A model generated the notes under the pieces. The model saw nothing but the letters and a program-made list of their open reading frames with translations. It was not told the origin of the DNA and ran no database searches. Both the position numbers and the translations under genes were made by a program. 64,000 nt of DNA, taken from an uncultured Thermoleophilia bacterium (GTDB taxonomy: Bacteria > Actinomycetota > Thermoleophilia > UBA2241). Location: contig CAZFJE010000001.1 of assembly GCA_964519555.1 (NCBI GenBank), positions 3,654 to 67,653 on the forward strand, given 5' to 3'. Shown piece after piece: positions 10,501 through 19,403 of this stretch. Positions within the stretch are counted from its first letter, which is position 1; the number at the start of each line of letters is the position of its first letter.

Positions 10501-12967
10501 GCAGGCCGCCTTCGAGGATCACCCGCCGGGCGTCGTCGTCGGCGAGCCTGATGCGTTCGGTGGGCGTGTACGACTCGCCGGTGCTGCTGAAGTAGGTACG
10601 CTCGACCAGCAGATCGTCTTCTTGTAAGTACTCCCAAATGACGCACTCGCCGGCGGCTACCGCGGTGCAGGTCTTCTCGGCCACGATGGGCAGCACGCGA
10701 TCGAGCACGACGGTCGAGGTGATGGCGCGGCTGGCATCGAGCAGCGACGCCAGGCGGGCGCCGTGGTCGCGCTCGCGGCGGAAGGTATCGGCGTTGCGAA
10801 TGGCCAGCGCCGCCGCGCTGCAGACCGCTTCGATCGTGCTGAGCTCGTCGGGGCGATACCGTCGTGGACGCCGGTCGACGAGCTCGACGGCGCCGAAGGC
10901 CTCCCCCTGGGCCACAAGCGGCACGACCAGCAGGCTCACCTCGCCGCGCTCGGCCATCGAGGCGCGCTGCTCGGCGCCCAGACGCGGGTCGCTCAAGTCG
11001 CGAATGGCCTGCGTCGCCCGCGTCTCGAGGGCGATGCGGGTCGTGACCCACTGCTCGAGGCTGAAGCTCTGCGCCATCCAGACCGGGTCGACCTCGCCGT
11101 CGAGCACTCCGGCCCGGCAGCGCAGCCCCCCGTCTTCGAGCACGTACACGCTGCAGATCGGAGCTTCGGTGATCTCGCAGAGCCGGCGGCACGACGACAC
11201 CAGCACGTCGTCGACGGCCAGCGTCGACGAAAACAGGGCGCTCGACTCGCTCACGAGCGCGAGGTGGCCGGCGGTCTCGCGCAACTCGCTCACCATCTGG
11301 GAGTTCACGAGCGCCTGCGCGGCGTTGTGCGCCAGCCCCTGGAGCAGGTCGAGGCGACCGTGACCGCGCGGCTCGGCGCTCGTCAGGACGGCCAGGCCCA
11401 CCACGACGCCCCCCGAGATCAGAGGCAGATCGATGCTCGAGCGGTAGCCGAAGCGCTCAGCGTCGGCGCGCTCGTCGTCGGCCAGGCGTGGGTCTGTAGC
11501 GGTGTCGTGCACCCAGACCGGCGAGCGGCTCTCGACGGCGCAGCGCGAGATGTCGTAGCGCGCCAGCGAGAACCCCATCTCGGCGCGCTCGTCCGGTTCG
11601 ATACGCCCGTCGGTCGTGAGCAGCGAGTGCATGCGGCCGTCTTTCAGGCTGTAGATATCGCACTCGTCGGCGCCTGACAGCTCGCGCATGCGGCGCGCCG
11701 CGACGCCGAGCACGTCGGCCGTCTTGAGCGAGGCCCCGAACTCGAGACTGGCGTCGACCAGGAGCCGCAGGTCGTCGTTGGCCTTGTCGAGCGCCCGGGC
11801 GGTTTCGACGCGCTCGGTCACGTCGCGCAGCACGAGTACGCGCGAGAGCTCACGACCGTCGCGTCCGTAGATGCTCGAGCGCCGCAGGTCGAAGTGGCGC
11901 GAGCCGCCGTCGCCCGACAGCGTGACGGTGTGCCCCTGATCGTCGGTGGCCGTCGCGCTCGCGGGGCCGACGCCGTCGTCGCGACTCGCGCCGCGGTCGT
12001 CGCGGCGACCGCCGCCCGAACCCGCCCGCTCGTCGGTCCGCGGGCCGACCTCGGTATCGGACTCGGCCAGCCACGGGTAGTCGGACAGGTCGGCGCCCAG
12101 CCGCTCCCGGCCGCTGCCGGCGGTGAGCAGCGCCTGCGCGGCGCGGTTGGCGCTCACGATGCGCCCTTCGCCGTCGGCCATGAGCACCGCGTCGCTCATG
12201 CCCTCGAGCACGCGCCGCCGCCAGACGGCGGAGTAGTCGGCCGCCCGCAGGCCGGGCAGCGCCCAGATGACCGGCAGCATGCCGACACTCATGACCACGA
12301 GGCCCATGTGCAACCCGCGCACCGGCGCGTAGCCCGCCATGAAGGCGACATCGAGCAGCAGGATGCAGCCGACGCTGGCGACCACCGCCTCGACCTGGCT
12401 GCGGTAGAGGCTCCACGATCGCAGCGCCTCGGCGAACAGCAGAGCGATGCCGGCGACCACGAGCAGGTAGAACCAGACGAGCTGTGCCGTAAAGAGCGCC
12501 GGGCTGCCGGCGACGCTCACGTGCGCGAAGGAGAGCGCCGTAAGGTGGTCGCCCGGCGGGTAGATGAGCGCCGGATCGACGGCTGCCGCGACCATCAGCG
12601 CCAAGGCGATACAGGCGAGCGCGACGGCAAGCCGGCGGCCCCGCGCCAGCCGCACACCGGCGAACTTGGCGGCAAACACGAACCAGAAGGCGCCTATGGC
12701 GGGACCCGTAAGCGCGTAGACGGCCGCCAGATGACGCATGAGCGGGCCGTGCCCGAGGACGAAGACGAGGGCATAGCACAGCGACTCGGCGCCGCCCACG
12801 AACATGGCGAGCGCCATGGCGGGGCCGCCCGGAAACCGGAACCGTCGCCACACGACCACGGACTCGACGAACATGAGCAGGCTGACGCACAGCATGATGA
12901 TGAAGTTCGCGGTTTCCTGCCGGCTCATGACGTGGCGTGGGCTCTCGGTCGGTGGCCTCTCCCGCAA
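7592..12967 (-). CDS. Giant membrane-anchored c-di-GMP signalling protein: about 7 TM helices, PAS, at least 4 GAF, HD-GYP, sensor-like domain, GGDEF, second HD-GYP
   Basis: HD-GYP 1 has HTARVAAYM, YLHDIGKIGIPD and HHERFDGRGYPDGL (near 9260-9760). The GGDEF domain has TGLCNHRYL and RYGGDEFALVLAD (near 8190-8680). HD-GYP 2 has ERHSETVA, RLRDIGHFAIPD and HHHERFDGSGYP (7592 to about 8110). The start is TTG 12967 or ATG 12928. Confidence 0.9.
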   Translation of the reverse strand: MRERPPTESPRHVMSRQETANFIIMLCVSLLMFVESVVVWRRFRFPGGPAMALAMFVGGAESLCYALVFVLGHGPLMRHLAAVYALTGPAIGAFWFVFAAKFAGVRLARGRRLAVALACIALALMVAAAVDPALIYPPGDHLTALSFAHVSVAGSPALFTAQLVWFYLLVVAGIALLFAEALRSWSLYRSQVEAVVASVGCILLLDVAFMAGYAPVRGLHMGLVVMSVGMLPVIWALPGLRAADYSAVWRRRVLEGMSDAVLMADGEGRIVSANRAAQALLTAGSGRERLGADLSDYPWLAESDTEVGPRTDERAGSGGGRRDDRGASRDDGVGPASATATDDQGHTVTLSGDGGSRHFDLRRSSIYGRDGRELSRVLVLRDVTERVETARALDKANDDLRLLVDASLEFGASLKTADVLGVAARRMRELSGADECDIYSLKDGRMHSLLTTDGRIEPDERAEMGFSLARYDISRCAVESRSPVWVHDTATDPRLADDERADAERFGYRSSIDLPLISGGVVVGLAVLTSAEPRGHGRLDLLQGLAHNAAQALVNSQMVSELRETAGHLALVSESSALFSSTLAVDDVLVSSCRRLCEITEAPICSVYVLEDGGLRCRAGVLDGEVDPVWMAQSFSLEQWVTTRIALETRATQAIRDLSDPRLGAEQRASMAERGEVSLLVVPLVAQGEAFGAVELVDRRPRRYRPDELSTIEAVCSAAALAIRNADTFRRERDHGARLASLLDASRAITSTVVLDRVLPIVAEKTCTAVAAGECVIWEYLQEDDLLVERTYFSSTGESYTPTERIRLADDDARRVILEGGLLQEHVSDPDLQPATRALMAEWGEKSRLSVPLIFDNQPIGILVLIETVRERQFKPDELALVQALAEQAAVVIQNARQYERLERTGKLLASQVELREVILELSGALLATLNDDDVFSRIATLVKRVVDNDCMEIRLIDTETDELYCAYASDGDADYIENWRSTLDVGVSGWVVRHNEAQLVNDMPGDPRVGVVPGTEAEPQASIIVPLTVGGIVIGVLSVDRMEGRTFDESELESAKLFANLAAIAIQNAQQYENVKTVYANNLRALCTALNAKDHYTLGHTARVAAYMVMLGKELGWPAETVGKVGEAAYLHDIGKIGIPDRVLTKAGKLNQREWEMMRQHPALSAEIIKPLYDTDMVAGVRHHHERFDGRGYPDGLVGEQIPLVARAMCVVDSYDAMSFDRPYHRGLSYTQCREELERCKGSQFDPAMVDAFAAVLRKIAAQRERACAAGLRAAGLIDAEAHRALAESGSESDPAYVQTVAVLRDIRDQHTGVRFVTTAARRGDGFIFVCDAEEREAERSHLGDPLVADEELVRTLAGETLDICLVAADQYGMWISAMTPIRDPAGEIVAAVSVDYPAYEAAEGAGLRPDDVTQTLTALLEGAQGRLDRVQTDAITDTLTGLCNHRYLHEALAKEIVRARESGGELSLVLCDVDHLERLNRQVGHHKGDDALRAIGQLVDSASRPTDLCARYGGDEFALVLADSSGAEAFAVAEGVRSAVESAGLGFEGQALTLSAGIATFPWDAQDKEGLVDKALWALDLAKNRGRNRAMGFAARNGDGSHDDHAYALDYLEMMAELADAKMLYQERHSETVAGLARLLSGELGLDDAAAGQIAEAARLRDIGHFAIPDEVLGKPGGLSAEEWTLIREHPQAGARLLRRIGMDSVADAVAHHHERFDGSGYPAALSGARIPLAARIVSVASAFEALLSARPYRAAQTVADALEEMRRCTGTQFDTDVVAALERVASHR

Positions 12968-13132
12968 CCGTATCGGCGCATTGTGCCCGACGATTAAGAA
13001 CGGCGGGGCCCACGGGCGCGCCGCCGGGCCGGTCCGGCCGGCCCTTAGCGCGGTTGCCGCAGCGGCTGCAGCGCCGCCGCCCAGCGCACAAGCTCGTTCG
13101 GCTTGAGGTCGGCGGCCACCTCGATGCCTTCC

Positions 13133-13825
13133 TCAGAGCCAGTCCACGCGCCGCCAGCCCCTGAGCTGGGCCGTGCGGGCAAGCCTGCCGCGAGCGTTGA
13201 CCACGACGGCCCGCTCGGCGTGGCCGAGCAGGACGATGTCGTCGGTCGAGTCGCCGTAGGCGGCGGCGAGCCTCCATGCCCCGTCCCCGAAGCGCTCGTC
13301 GGCATAACGGCTGAGCACCAGCCACTTCTGCGGTCCCTCGACGACCGGCCCGGCAAAGGCGCCGCGGCACAGCTCACCGTGCACGAGCAGCTCGGAGGCG
13401 AGGTAGCCGTCGACCCCAAGGCCTGCCGCCAGGCGACTCACGATGAGACCAAGCGACGCCGAGACCAGCAGCACGCACGCACCGTCGGCGCGCAAGGCAG
13501 CGATCTCGGCGCGCGCCTCGGGGCGCACGACCTCGAGCAGATCCGCCACGACCAGGTCGGCCAGCGCCTCGGCCCTCGCCAGCGGCAGGCCGTCGAGCAC
13601 GGCCAGGCCACGGACGCGCGCCGACACCGGAGCGATCAGGCCGACGCGGTGCCCCACGTAGATGGCCACGAGGCGGGCGAAAGCGGCGCGTCCGAGCAGG
13701 CCGCTCGCACGCAGGATGCCGAGAAACACGTGCTGGGCCGCGCGCTCGGAAAACAGGGTGCCGTCGACGTCGATCGCCGCGATGGCGACGCGCGCGGGTT
13801 CCTCTGTGACTGCTGCCTGCTCCAC
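13133..13825 (-). CDS. HAD-IB family hydrolase (SerB-like phosphatase fold)
   Basis: Motifs are AAIDVDGTLF (DxDxT) and AYGDSTDDIVLLGHAERAVVVN (GDSxxD). The start is GTG. Confidence 0.8.
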   Translation of the reverse strand: MEQAAVTEEPARVAIAAIDVDGTLFSERAAQHVFLGILRASGLLGRAAFARLVAIYVGHRVGLIAPVSARVRGLAVLDGLPLARAEALADLVVADLLEVVRPEARAEIAALRADGACVLLVSASLGLIVSRLAAGLGVDGYLASELLVHGELCRGAFAGPVVEGPQKWLVLSRYADERFGDGAWRLAAAYGDSTDDIVLLGHAERAVVVNARGRLARTAQLRGWRRVDWL

Positions 13826-13990
13826 TCCGAACGAGCCGATCCTTGCTCACGGGAAGTGCCGCGACCGGCCGCTCCGTCCAGAGTGAGGGCGGGTCCGCCC
13901 AGGTCGCGCCACACCGGCATGATAGCGCGCGACGCTCGCCGGCGGCCGCGTTTCTGACGCGCCCGGGGTGCCCGAGGCCGCAACGAGAGA

Positions 13991-14032
13991 GCGAGCCGGC
14001 GCCGGCCGCAGCTGCGGCCGGCGCCGGCTCGC
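13991..14032. terminator. Perfect 42-bp GC palindrome just downstream of the DUF4091 gene stop
   Basis: The sequence is gcgagccggcgccggccgcag|ctgcggccggcgccggctcgc, with 21-nt arms and no mismatches. It begins 22 nt 3' of the stop at 14054 on the minus strand. Confidence 0.5.
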
Positions 14033-14053
14033 CGGGGGGGCGAGACCGTGCGG

Positions 14054-15790
14054 CTAGGAGCCCGACGACGGCGAGCTCGCCGTCTGGGCCTGCTGCGCCT
14101 TTTCTATGAGGCCCGCGATGCTGGCACGGGCGGCGTTGAAGGTCGACTGCGAGGTCGTGTACTTCGGGAACTTGAAGATGTGGCCGTACTTGATCGGGTA
14201 GGGATACCAGGTCACCGAGTTGACCACCGAGTCGATCGCGCTCTGGCTCACGCCGAGCCTGGTCGCGATGCGCAGGTACTCGAGGTCCTGAAAGCCGTCA
14301 CGCAGCGCTTCGAGACGCAGCGACGATACCGGGGGTGCGCTTTTGTCGTTCAGCCCGTACGGCGGATAGTACCCGGGGTAGACGAGGCTGGACTCGCCGT
14401 TGGCGACGCGGCCGTCGGAGTAGCGGAACGACAAAGGGTCTTTGTAGGGATCGCGCGTACCTTTGTTGGTCAGCGCGTTGCCCCACCTCGTGGTGGCGTA
14501 GTAGAGCATGCCGTCGACGTTCCACTTGTACATGAGCCAGCCCCATACGCGCTCGTCGGCCAGCGACTTGTCGATCACGAAGGTCGGCATGTGGGCGACC
14601 GAGGAGTTGAAGTACGGGTACCACCAGACTTCGGCCCCCTTCTTCTGGAGCTGACGCAGCACCGGGACACGACCGAAGAAGTAGTAGTAGCGCACGCACC
14701 AGATGTCGACATCGTTCCACAGGAACTTGTTGGCGGCGTGCGAGGTGATCCTGGTGGGCCGCGGGTCGTCGGTCAGCAGGAACTTGGCGCGGAATCCGGC
14801 CCTGTCGCTGGCCGCGTGCAGCGTTCGGGCGAGCGCGTCGGCCGTCTTTTCGGCGCTCGTTGTGGTGGGCTCGTCTTTGGGATAGGCGATGAGCTTGTCC
14901 TGCCAGCCGTTGGCCTGGAAGACCCGGCAGACGTTGGCGAGGTAGTTGAGCAGCGCCGTGTTGCCGGAGTGCATGTGCCACGCATAGCTGGGCCACCAGT
15001 TGAGCCACGGCATGACGGTGATCGTGAGGTCGAGCCCGTCGGGGCTGAGATAGGGCTGCAGGGCGCTCGCGTAGGTACCGGAAGCGATGCTGCCGTTGGC
15101 CGTGGTGCGCGGCACCACATTGGGCATCTCGGGAGTGACGCCGTGGTCTTCGAACATCTTTGCGTCGGCGATCAGGTTGCCGCCGAGCCGCTTGAAGCTC
15201 ACGCCGAACGCGGTCTGCACGCTCAGCTTCTGCCAGCCGAAGCTGTACACCGTGAGGGTGACCGGAATGTCGACCTGTTCGCCGGCCCCGTTCGACACAT
15301 GCAGCGAACCGGTGTACTGGCCGGCCGCGGTGTTGTACGGCACGTGGAAGAGCAGGTACACCGACGAGCTGCCGGCCGGCACGGTGAACGTGGAGCCGTA
15401 GGCGCGGGGCAGCAGGGGGTCGGGGTAGAGGCCGGGCTTGGCGCCCACGAACGAGGTGGGACGACGGATGTGGACGAACGCGACCTGGTCGAGCGCCGCG
15501 GCGCTGAGCAGGGGGTCGCTGCCGGCGTTCCACGTGACGGACACGTTGCGCGCCGAGCCACCACGCAGACCGATGATCAGACCCTCGAACTCTCCGCGGG
15601 CGGCCGTGACGCTGGCCGTCTGCGACGTGCCGGGCACGCTGCTCGGCACGATGCGTGCGGTAGGGCCGGCCGTCCACACGGCGGCCTGGGCCACGGGGAC
15701 CATGCCCAACACGATGCAGGCGGCCGCAAACGCGGTAAGAGACACTCCCAGCGCGACGCGCCGACCCATCATTGGCTTCGCGAGTTTCAC
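14054..15790 (-). CDS. Secreted DUF4091-containing (GH123-like) protein
   Basis: A signal-like segment reads RRVALGVSLTAFAAACIVLGMVPVAQAAVW. The C-terminal half, DVDIWCVRYYYFFGRVPVLRQLQKKGAEVWWYPY and ERVWGWLMYKWNVDGMLYYATTRW, resembles DUF4091. I chose GTG 15790 as the start (GGGGGAGG is 4 nt upstream). The listed ORF start is 15832. Confidence 0.7.
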   Translation of the reverse strand: MKLAKPMMGRRVALGVSLTAFAAACIVLGMVPVAQAAVWTAGPTARIVPSSVPGTSQTASVTAARGEFEGLIIGLRGGSARNVSVTWNAGSDPLLSAAALDQVAFVHIRRPTSFVGAKPGLYPDPLLPRAYGSTFTVPAGSSSVYLLFHVPYNTAAGQYTGSLHVSNGAGEQVDIPVTLTVYSFGWQKLSVQTAFGVSFKRLGGNLIADAKMFEDHGVTPEMPNVVPRTTANGSIASGTYASALQPYLSPDGLDLTITVMPWLNWWPSYAWHMHSGNTALLNYLANVCRVFQANGWQDKLIAYPKDEPTTTSAEKTADALARTLHAASDRAGFRAKFLLTDDPRPTRITSHAANKFLWNDVDIWCVRYYYFFGRVPVLRQLQKKGAEVWWYPYFNSSVAHMPTFVIDKSLADERVWGWLMYKWNVDGMLYYATTRWGNALTNKGTRDPYKDPLSFRYSDGRVANGESSLVYPGYYPPYGLNDKSAPPVSSLRLEALRDGFQDLEYLRIATRLGVSQSAIDSVVNSVTWYPYPIKYGHIFKFPKYTTSQSTFNAARASIAGLIEKAQQAQTASSPSSGS

Positions 15791-15891
15791 CGGGACCTCC
15801 CCCAACCGTTCACCGCAGCGCGGAACGCGCACGCTGCGGTCGTACTGTTGATCGGTATCGGCAGGCTACCGGCGACGCTTGATGCCCGGCC

Positions 15892-16803
15892 TCAGGTCGG
15901 ACGGTCCTCTGCGCGTTCGAGGAAGTCGTTGGCGGTGCGCATGAACAGCTCGCGCTCCTCGTGGAACGGCGTGTGCGAGCTACGCTCGAACAGCACGAGC
16001 TCGGACCCCGGGATGGCCTTATGGATATCGCTCAGGTGGTCGGCCCTGATCTCGTCGTAGCGGCCGCCCATGACGAGCGCCGGCACCTTGATCTCGCCGA
16101 GCCTGCCGAACACGTCCCAGTCGCGAAAGCGGCCGGTCACGGTGAACTCGCTGGGGCCGTTCATGGTCTCGTAGACCACCGCGCTCATCTCGGCAAAGGA
16201 ACGCTCCAGGCCGACCGGCCAGGGCTGCAGCCGGCAGAGGTGGCGCTGGTAGAAGACGGCCACCGCGCCGAGATACTCCGGGCACGACGTGAAACCCGCG
16301 GCCTCGTGGCGCTCGATGACCTCGCGCACCTCGGCGGGCAACTCGGCAAGGAGGGCCATGCAGCCCTCGACCCAGCGCGGCATGCTCGCCGGGCTGCCCG
16401 ACATGAGCAGGCTGACGAGCGACGCCGGCTGGTAGTCGAGGATGTACTGCATGGCGAGCTGGCCGCCCCACGAGCTGCCGAACAGGTGGAAGCGGTCGAG
16501 CTCGAGCGCGCCGCGCACCGCTTCGAGCTCGCGCACGAAATGGGGCACCGTCCACAGTGAGGTGTCGTCGGGCCGGTCGGACCGGCCGCAGCCGAGCTGA
16601 TCGTAGAAGATGACGCGGCGGCGGTCGCCCAGGTCCTCGAGCGGGTCGATGTAGTTGTGCGTCATGCCGGGGCCGCCGTGCAGGCACAGCAGAGGTATGC
16701 CGCCCTCGCCGACGCTGCGATACCAGACCCGGCCCCCGGGCACGTCGATCATGCCCTCGCGGATCTTCACGACACCCCCCCGACGCTCGACGACCCCGCT
16801 CAT
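15892..16803 (-). CDS. Proline iminopeptidase-family alpha/beta hydrolase (copy 1)
   Basis: Motifs are LHGGPGMTHNY, FYDQLGCGRSDRPDD and the nucleophile elbow FGSSWGG. I placed the start at ATG 16803, which overlaps the permease stop (ATGA). The listed ORF extends upstream spuriously. Confidence 0.85.
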   Translation of the reverse strand: MSGVVERRGGVVKIREGMIDVPGGRVWYRSVGEGGIPLLCLHGGPGMTHNYIDPLEDLGDRRRVIFYDQLGCGRSDRPDDTSLWTVPHFVRELEAVRGALELDRFHLFGSSWGGQLAMQYILDYQPASLVSLLMSGSPASMPRWVEGCMALLAELPAEVREVIERHEAAGFTSCPEYLGAVAVFYQRHLCRLQPWPVGLERSFAEMSAVVYETMNGPSEFTVTGRFRDWDVFGRLGEIKVPALVMGGRYDEIRADHLSDIHKAIPGSELVLFERSSHTPFHEERELFMRTANDFLERAEDRPT

Positions 16804-18320
16804 GGCTCGACGCCGGCCGGTTCGAGCTGTGCGTCCGAGCCCGCGAGGCCGTCGCCGACTACGCCGATGGGCTCGTCGACGAAGACCATGGCGGTGTCGG
16901 CCAGCCGTTGCGGGTGGCGCTTGTGCAGGTAGACAAGGTACACGATGCCGATCGCCATCCACGCCCCGACGACCGGTCCCGCCAGCGAGATCGGGTAGGA
17001 GAGCTTGGCCACGAAGCTGAAGGCGGGGATGCCCGCGGCAGTCAGGAACACGGGCACGAACACGGCGATCCCCAAGAGCGGGATCAGCCCGTGCATGATC
17101 ACGTTGAACTCGGCGCGCTGGAAACGCCAGTAGTAGGTGATGCAGGCGATCAGCACGGCGATGTAGACGAGGATCAGGATCAGGGTGAAGATCGTCGCCA
17201 TGAGCAGGAACGCAGTGTAGGGCGAGTACTGGAAGCCGAGCCACAGCGCGAGCACCAGCGCGATCACCGACTCGACCATGACCGCCACGTGCGGCGAGCG
17301 GAACCGGGGGTGCACGGTGGCGAGCATCTTCGGGAACAGCCGGATGCGCCCCATGGCATACCAGGTGCGCGTGGTCACGTTCGAGGCCGCGTTGGCGTTG
17401 GCGAACTCCGAGTTGACGATGGCGACCACGACGACCAGCCAGCCCACGCCCCACACCGACTTGGCCATGTGGGTCCAGGGGTTGTTGTCGTTCAAGCTGG
17501 CGAAGCCGGTCATGTGTCCGGGGCCGATCCACACGGTAGCGGCGTAAGTCGTGAACACGTAGAAGGCGCCGATCGCCAGGCACGAAAAGACGACCGCCTT
17601 GCGGATGGTACGCTTCGGGTCGCGCGCCTCTTCGGCCAGCGGCACCGCCGACTCAAAGCCGGTGAAGGCCAGGATGGAGTAGACGCAGGCGGCGATCACT
17701 CCCGACATGCCAAGGCTGCCGCTCACCGTCGCGTGCTGCGTGGTGAACACCGACAGCGTGTTGCGCCCGCCGGCGTCGACGATCAGCCAGATCGACAGAG
17801 CGCCGATCACGATGATCTCGAACACGCCCAGCCAGGTGCCGGTCTTGGTCGAGACCTTGACGCCGCGGTAGCCCAGCCAGAACACGACCGCGAGGCCCAC
17901 GACCACCCAGGCCCACCACCAGCCGGTCGACCAGCCGAACTCGGTGTTGAAGAAGCCGGTCGCCACGATGCCGAGCAGCAAGAAGCACAGCGACTCCATG
18001 AAGGGTTCGGCAAAGGCGTAACCCCAGGCCACGAGGAACCCGACCCAGGGGTGCAGGCCTTTCGAGGTGTAGGTGCAGAAGTTGCCCGCCGACGGCAGGT
18101 GCCGGGCGAGCTCGCCGATCGTAAGCGCCACGAACATGCAGGCGATCAGCGCCAGGACCGTGGCCAGCGGCAGGGCGCCGGCGGCGAACGACGCGCCGGC
18201 CGGAATGGAAAAGGCGACCGCGCCGGCCGGCGCCATGGCCGTGACCGACTGAAACAGGACTTCGCGCAGGCCGATGGCGTTGCGCTCGAGACTGGGACCC
18301 TCATGTCCGACACTGGTCAC
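16800..18320 (-). CDS. APC-superfamily amino acid permease
   Basis: About 12 TM helices, with LREVLFQSVTAMAPAGAVAFSIPAGA and ELARHLPSAGNFCTYTSKG. I set the start at GTG 18320, preceded by GAAGGAGG. Confidence 0.85.
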   Translation of the reverse strand: MTSVGHEGPSLERNAIGLREVLFQSVTAMAPAGAVAFSIPAGASFAAGALPLATVLALIACMFVALTIGELARHLPSAGNFCTYTSKGLHPWVGFLVAWGYAFAEPFMESLCFLLLGIVATGFFNTEFGWSTGWWWAWVVVGLAVVFWLGYRGVKVSTKTGTWLGVFEIIVIGALSIWLIVDAGGRNTLSVFTTQHATVSGSLGMSGVIAACVYSILAFTGFESAVPLAEEARDPKRTIRKAVVFSCLAIGAFYVFTTYAATVWIGPGHMTGFASLNDNNPWTHMAKSVWGVGWLVVVVAIVNSEFANANAASNVTTRTWYAMGRIRLFPKMLATVHPRFRSPHVAVMVESVIALVLALWLGFQYSPYTAFLLMATIFTLILILVYIAVLIACITYYWRFQRAEFNVIMHGLIPLLGIAVFVPVFLTAAGIPAFSFVAKLSYPISLAGPVVGAWMAIGIVYLVYLHKRHPQRLADTAMVFVDEPIGVVGDGLAGSDAQLEPAGVEP

Positions 18321-18385
18321 GGTACCCTCCTTCACGACGTGCCGCCGGCGCCGGCGGCTCTGGCAGGTTCGACGACGGTCATGGT

Positions 18386-19273
18386 TCAGACGGCCGCGGC
18401 CTGCTCGACCGCGCACAGGAACTCGTCGACCACGGCGACGTAGGCTTCGGGCTCTTCTTCGTGGGCGTAGTGGCCCGACTGTTCGAACACGGCCAGTCGC
18501 GCTCCGGCGATGCCGTCGACGATGGTCTGCGCGCAGGCCGGCGTGATCTCGTCGAAACGACCGACGGTCACCAGCGTCGGCGACTCGATACGGACGAGGT
18601 CGGCGGTGCGGTCCCAGTCGCGCAGCGGCCCGATCACGTCGAACTCGGTCGGGCCGTTCATGGTCAGGTAGACCTGGTTGCCCTCGAGCTCGGCGACGCT
18701 GCGCAGGGCGCAGTCGGGCCAGGGGTCGAGCCGGCAGAGATGGCGGCGATAGAACGCCATGACCGCGTCCTGGTAGCGCGGGTCGTCGTAGGCGGCGAGC
18801 GCGCCGAGCTCGCGCAGGGTCGTGCGCTCAGGCTCGGGCATCTCGTCGATCAGGCGGTGTGCCTCGGCGACGAACTGCGGCAGGCTGGCCGACGTCGAAG
18901 CCAGCACGGCCCCGGCTATGCCGACCGCGCCGCGCGTGAGGTACTCGATCGACAGCCAGCCGCCCCACGACTGCCCGAGCAGATGGCACCAGCCCAGGCC
19001 CAGAGCGGCGCGCACCTGGTCGAGTTCGCGGCACGAGCGATCGATGGTCCACAGGCTTGTGTCGTCGGGCTTGTCGGACCTGCCGCAGCCGAGCTGATCG
19101 TAGATGACGACGGGACGCCGCCGCGCCAGCCGCTCGGCAAACGGCTCGAGGTAGTACGACGCGGCGCCCGGCCCGCCGTGCACGATCAGGACAGGGACAC
19201 CGTCCGGTGGACCGAGACGACGGTACCAGACGCGTCCGCCCTCGACTGAGACACTGCCCATGCGGCCTGTCAT
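18386..19273 (-). CDS. Proline iminopeptidase-family alpha/beta hydrolase (copy 2, paralog of 15892..16803)
   Basis: Motifs are VHGGPGAASYY, IYDQLGCGRSDKPDD and LGQSWGG. It is roughly 40-45% identical to copy 1 by eye. The start is ATG 19273 (MTGRMGSVS). Confidence 0.85.
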   Translation of the reverse strand: MTGRMGSVSVEGGRVWYRRLGPPDGVPVLIVHGGPGAASYYLEPFAERLARRRPVVIYDQLGCGRSDKPDDTSLWTIDRSCRELDQVRAALGLGWCHLLGQSWGGWLSIEYLTRGAVGIAGAVLASTSASLPQFVAEAHRLIDEMPEPERTTLRELGALAAYDDPRYQDAVMAFYRRHLCRLDPWPDCALRSVAELEGNQVYLTMNGPTEFDVIGPLRDWDRTADLVRIESPTLVTVGRFDEITPACAQTIVDGIAGARLAVFEQSGHYAHEEEPEAYVAVVDEFLCAVEQAAAV

Positions 19274-19403
19274 CGCTGCCCTTTCGACGTAAACGACGCC
19301 CCCACCGCGCGCGGTGCGACGGCTGCCCGGACGGTACGCCCAAAGGCGGCCGCTGTGAACAGGGCAGCACCATAGTTCTATACTGTGACTTACCTGTGAC
19401 TTC

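Noticed and set aside
7460-10627. A 1055-aa plus-strand ORF, together with the 643-aa minus-strand off-frame ORF 9261..11192.
   Set aside because: Both overlap the 1791-aa signalling gene, whose frame carries clear GAF, HD-GYP and GGDEF motifs. Their own translations are low-complexity and carry no motifs.
14048-16060. A 670-aa plus-strand ORF. Similar long shadow ORFs occur at 32557..34386, 53885..55297, 40165..41703, 21198..22520, 56264..57277, 26147..27874 and 60780..61673.
   Set aside because: Each lies antisense to, or off-frame within, a gene with strong family motifs. None shows a domain signature of its own. Long stop-free stretches are expected at this GC content.
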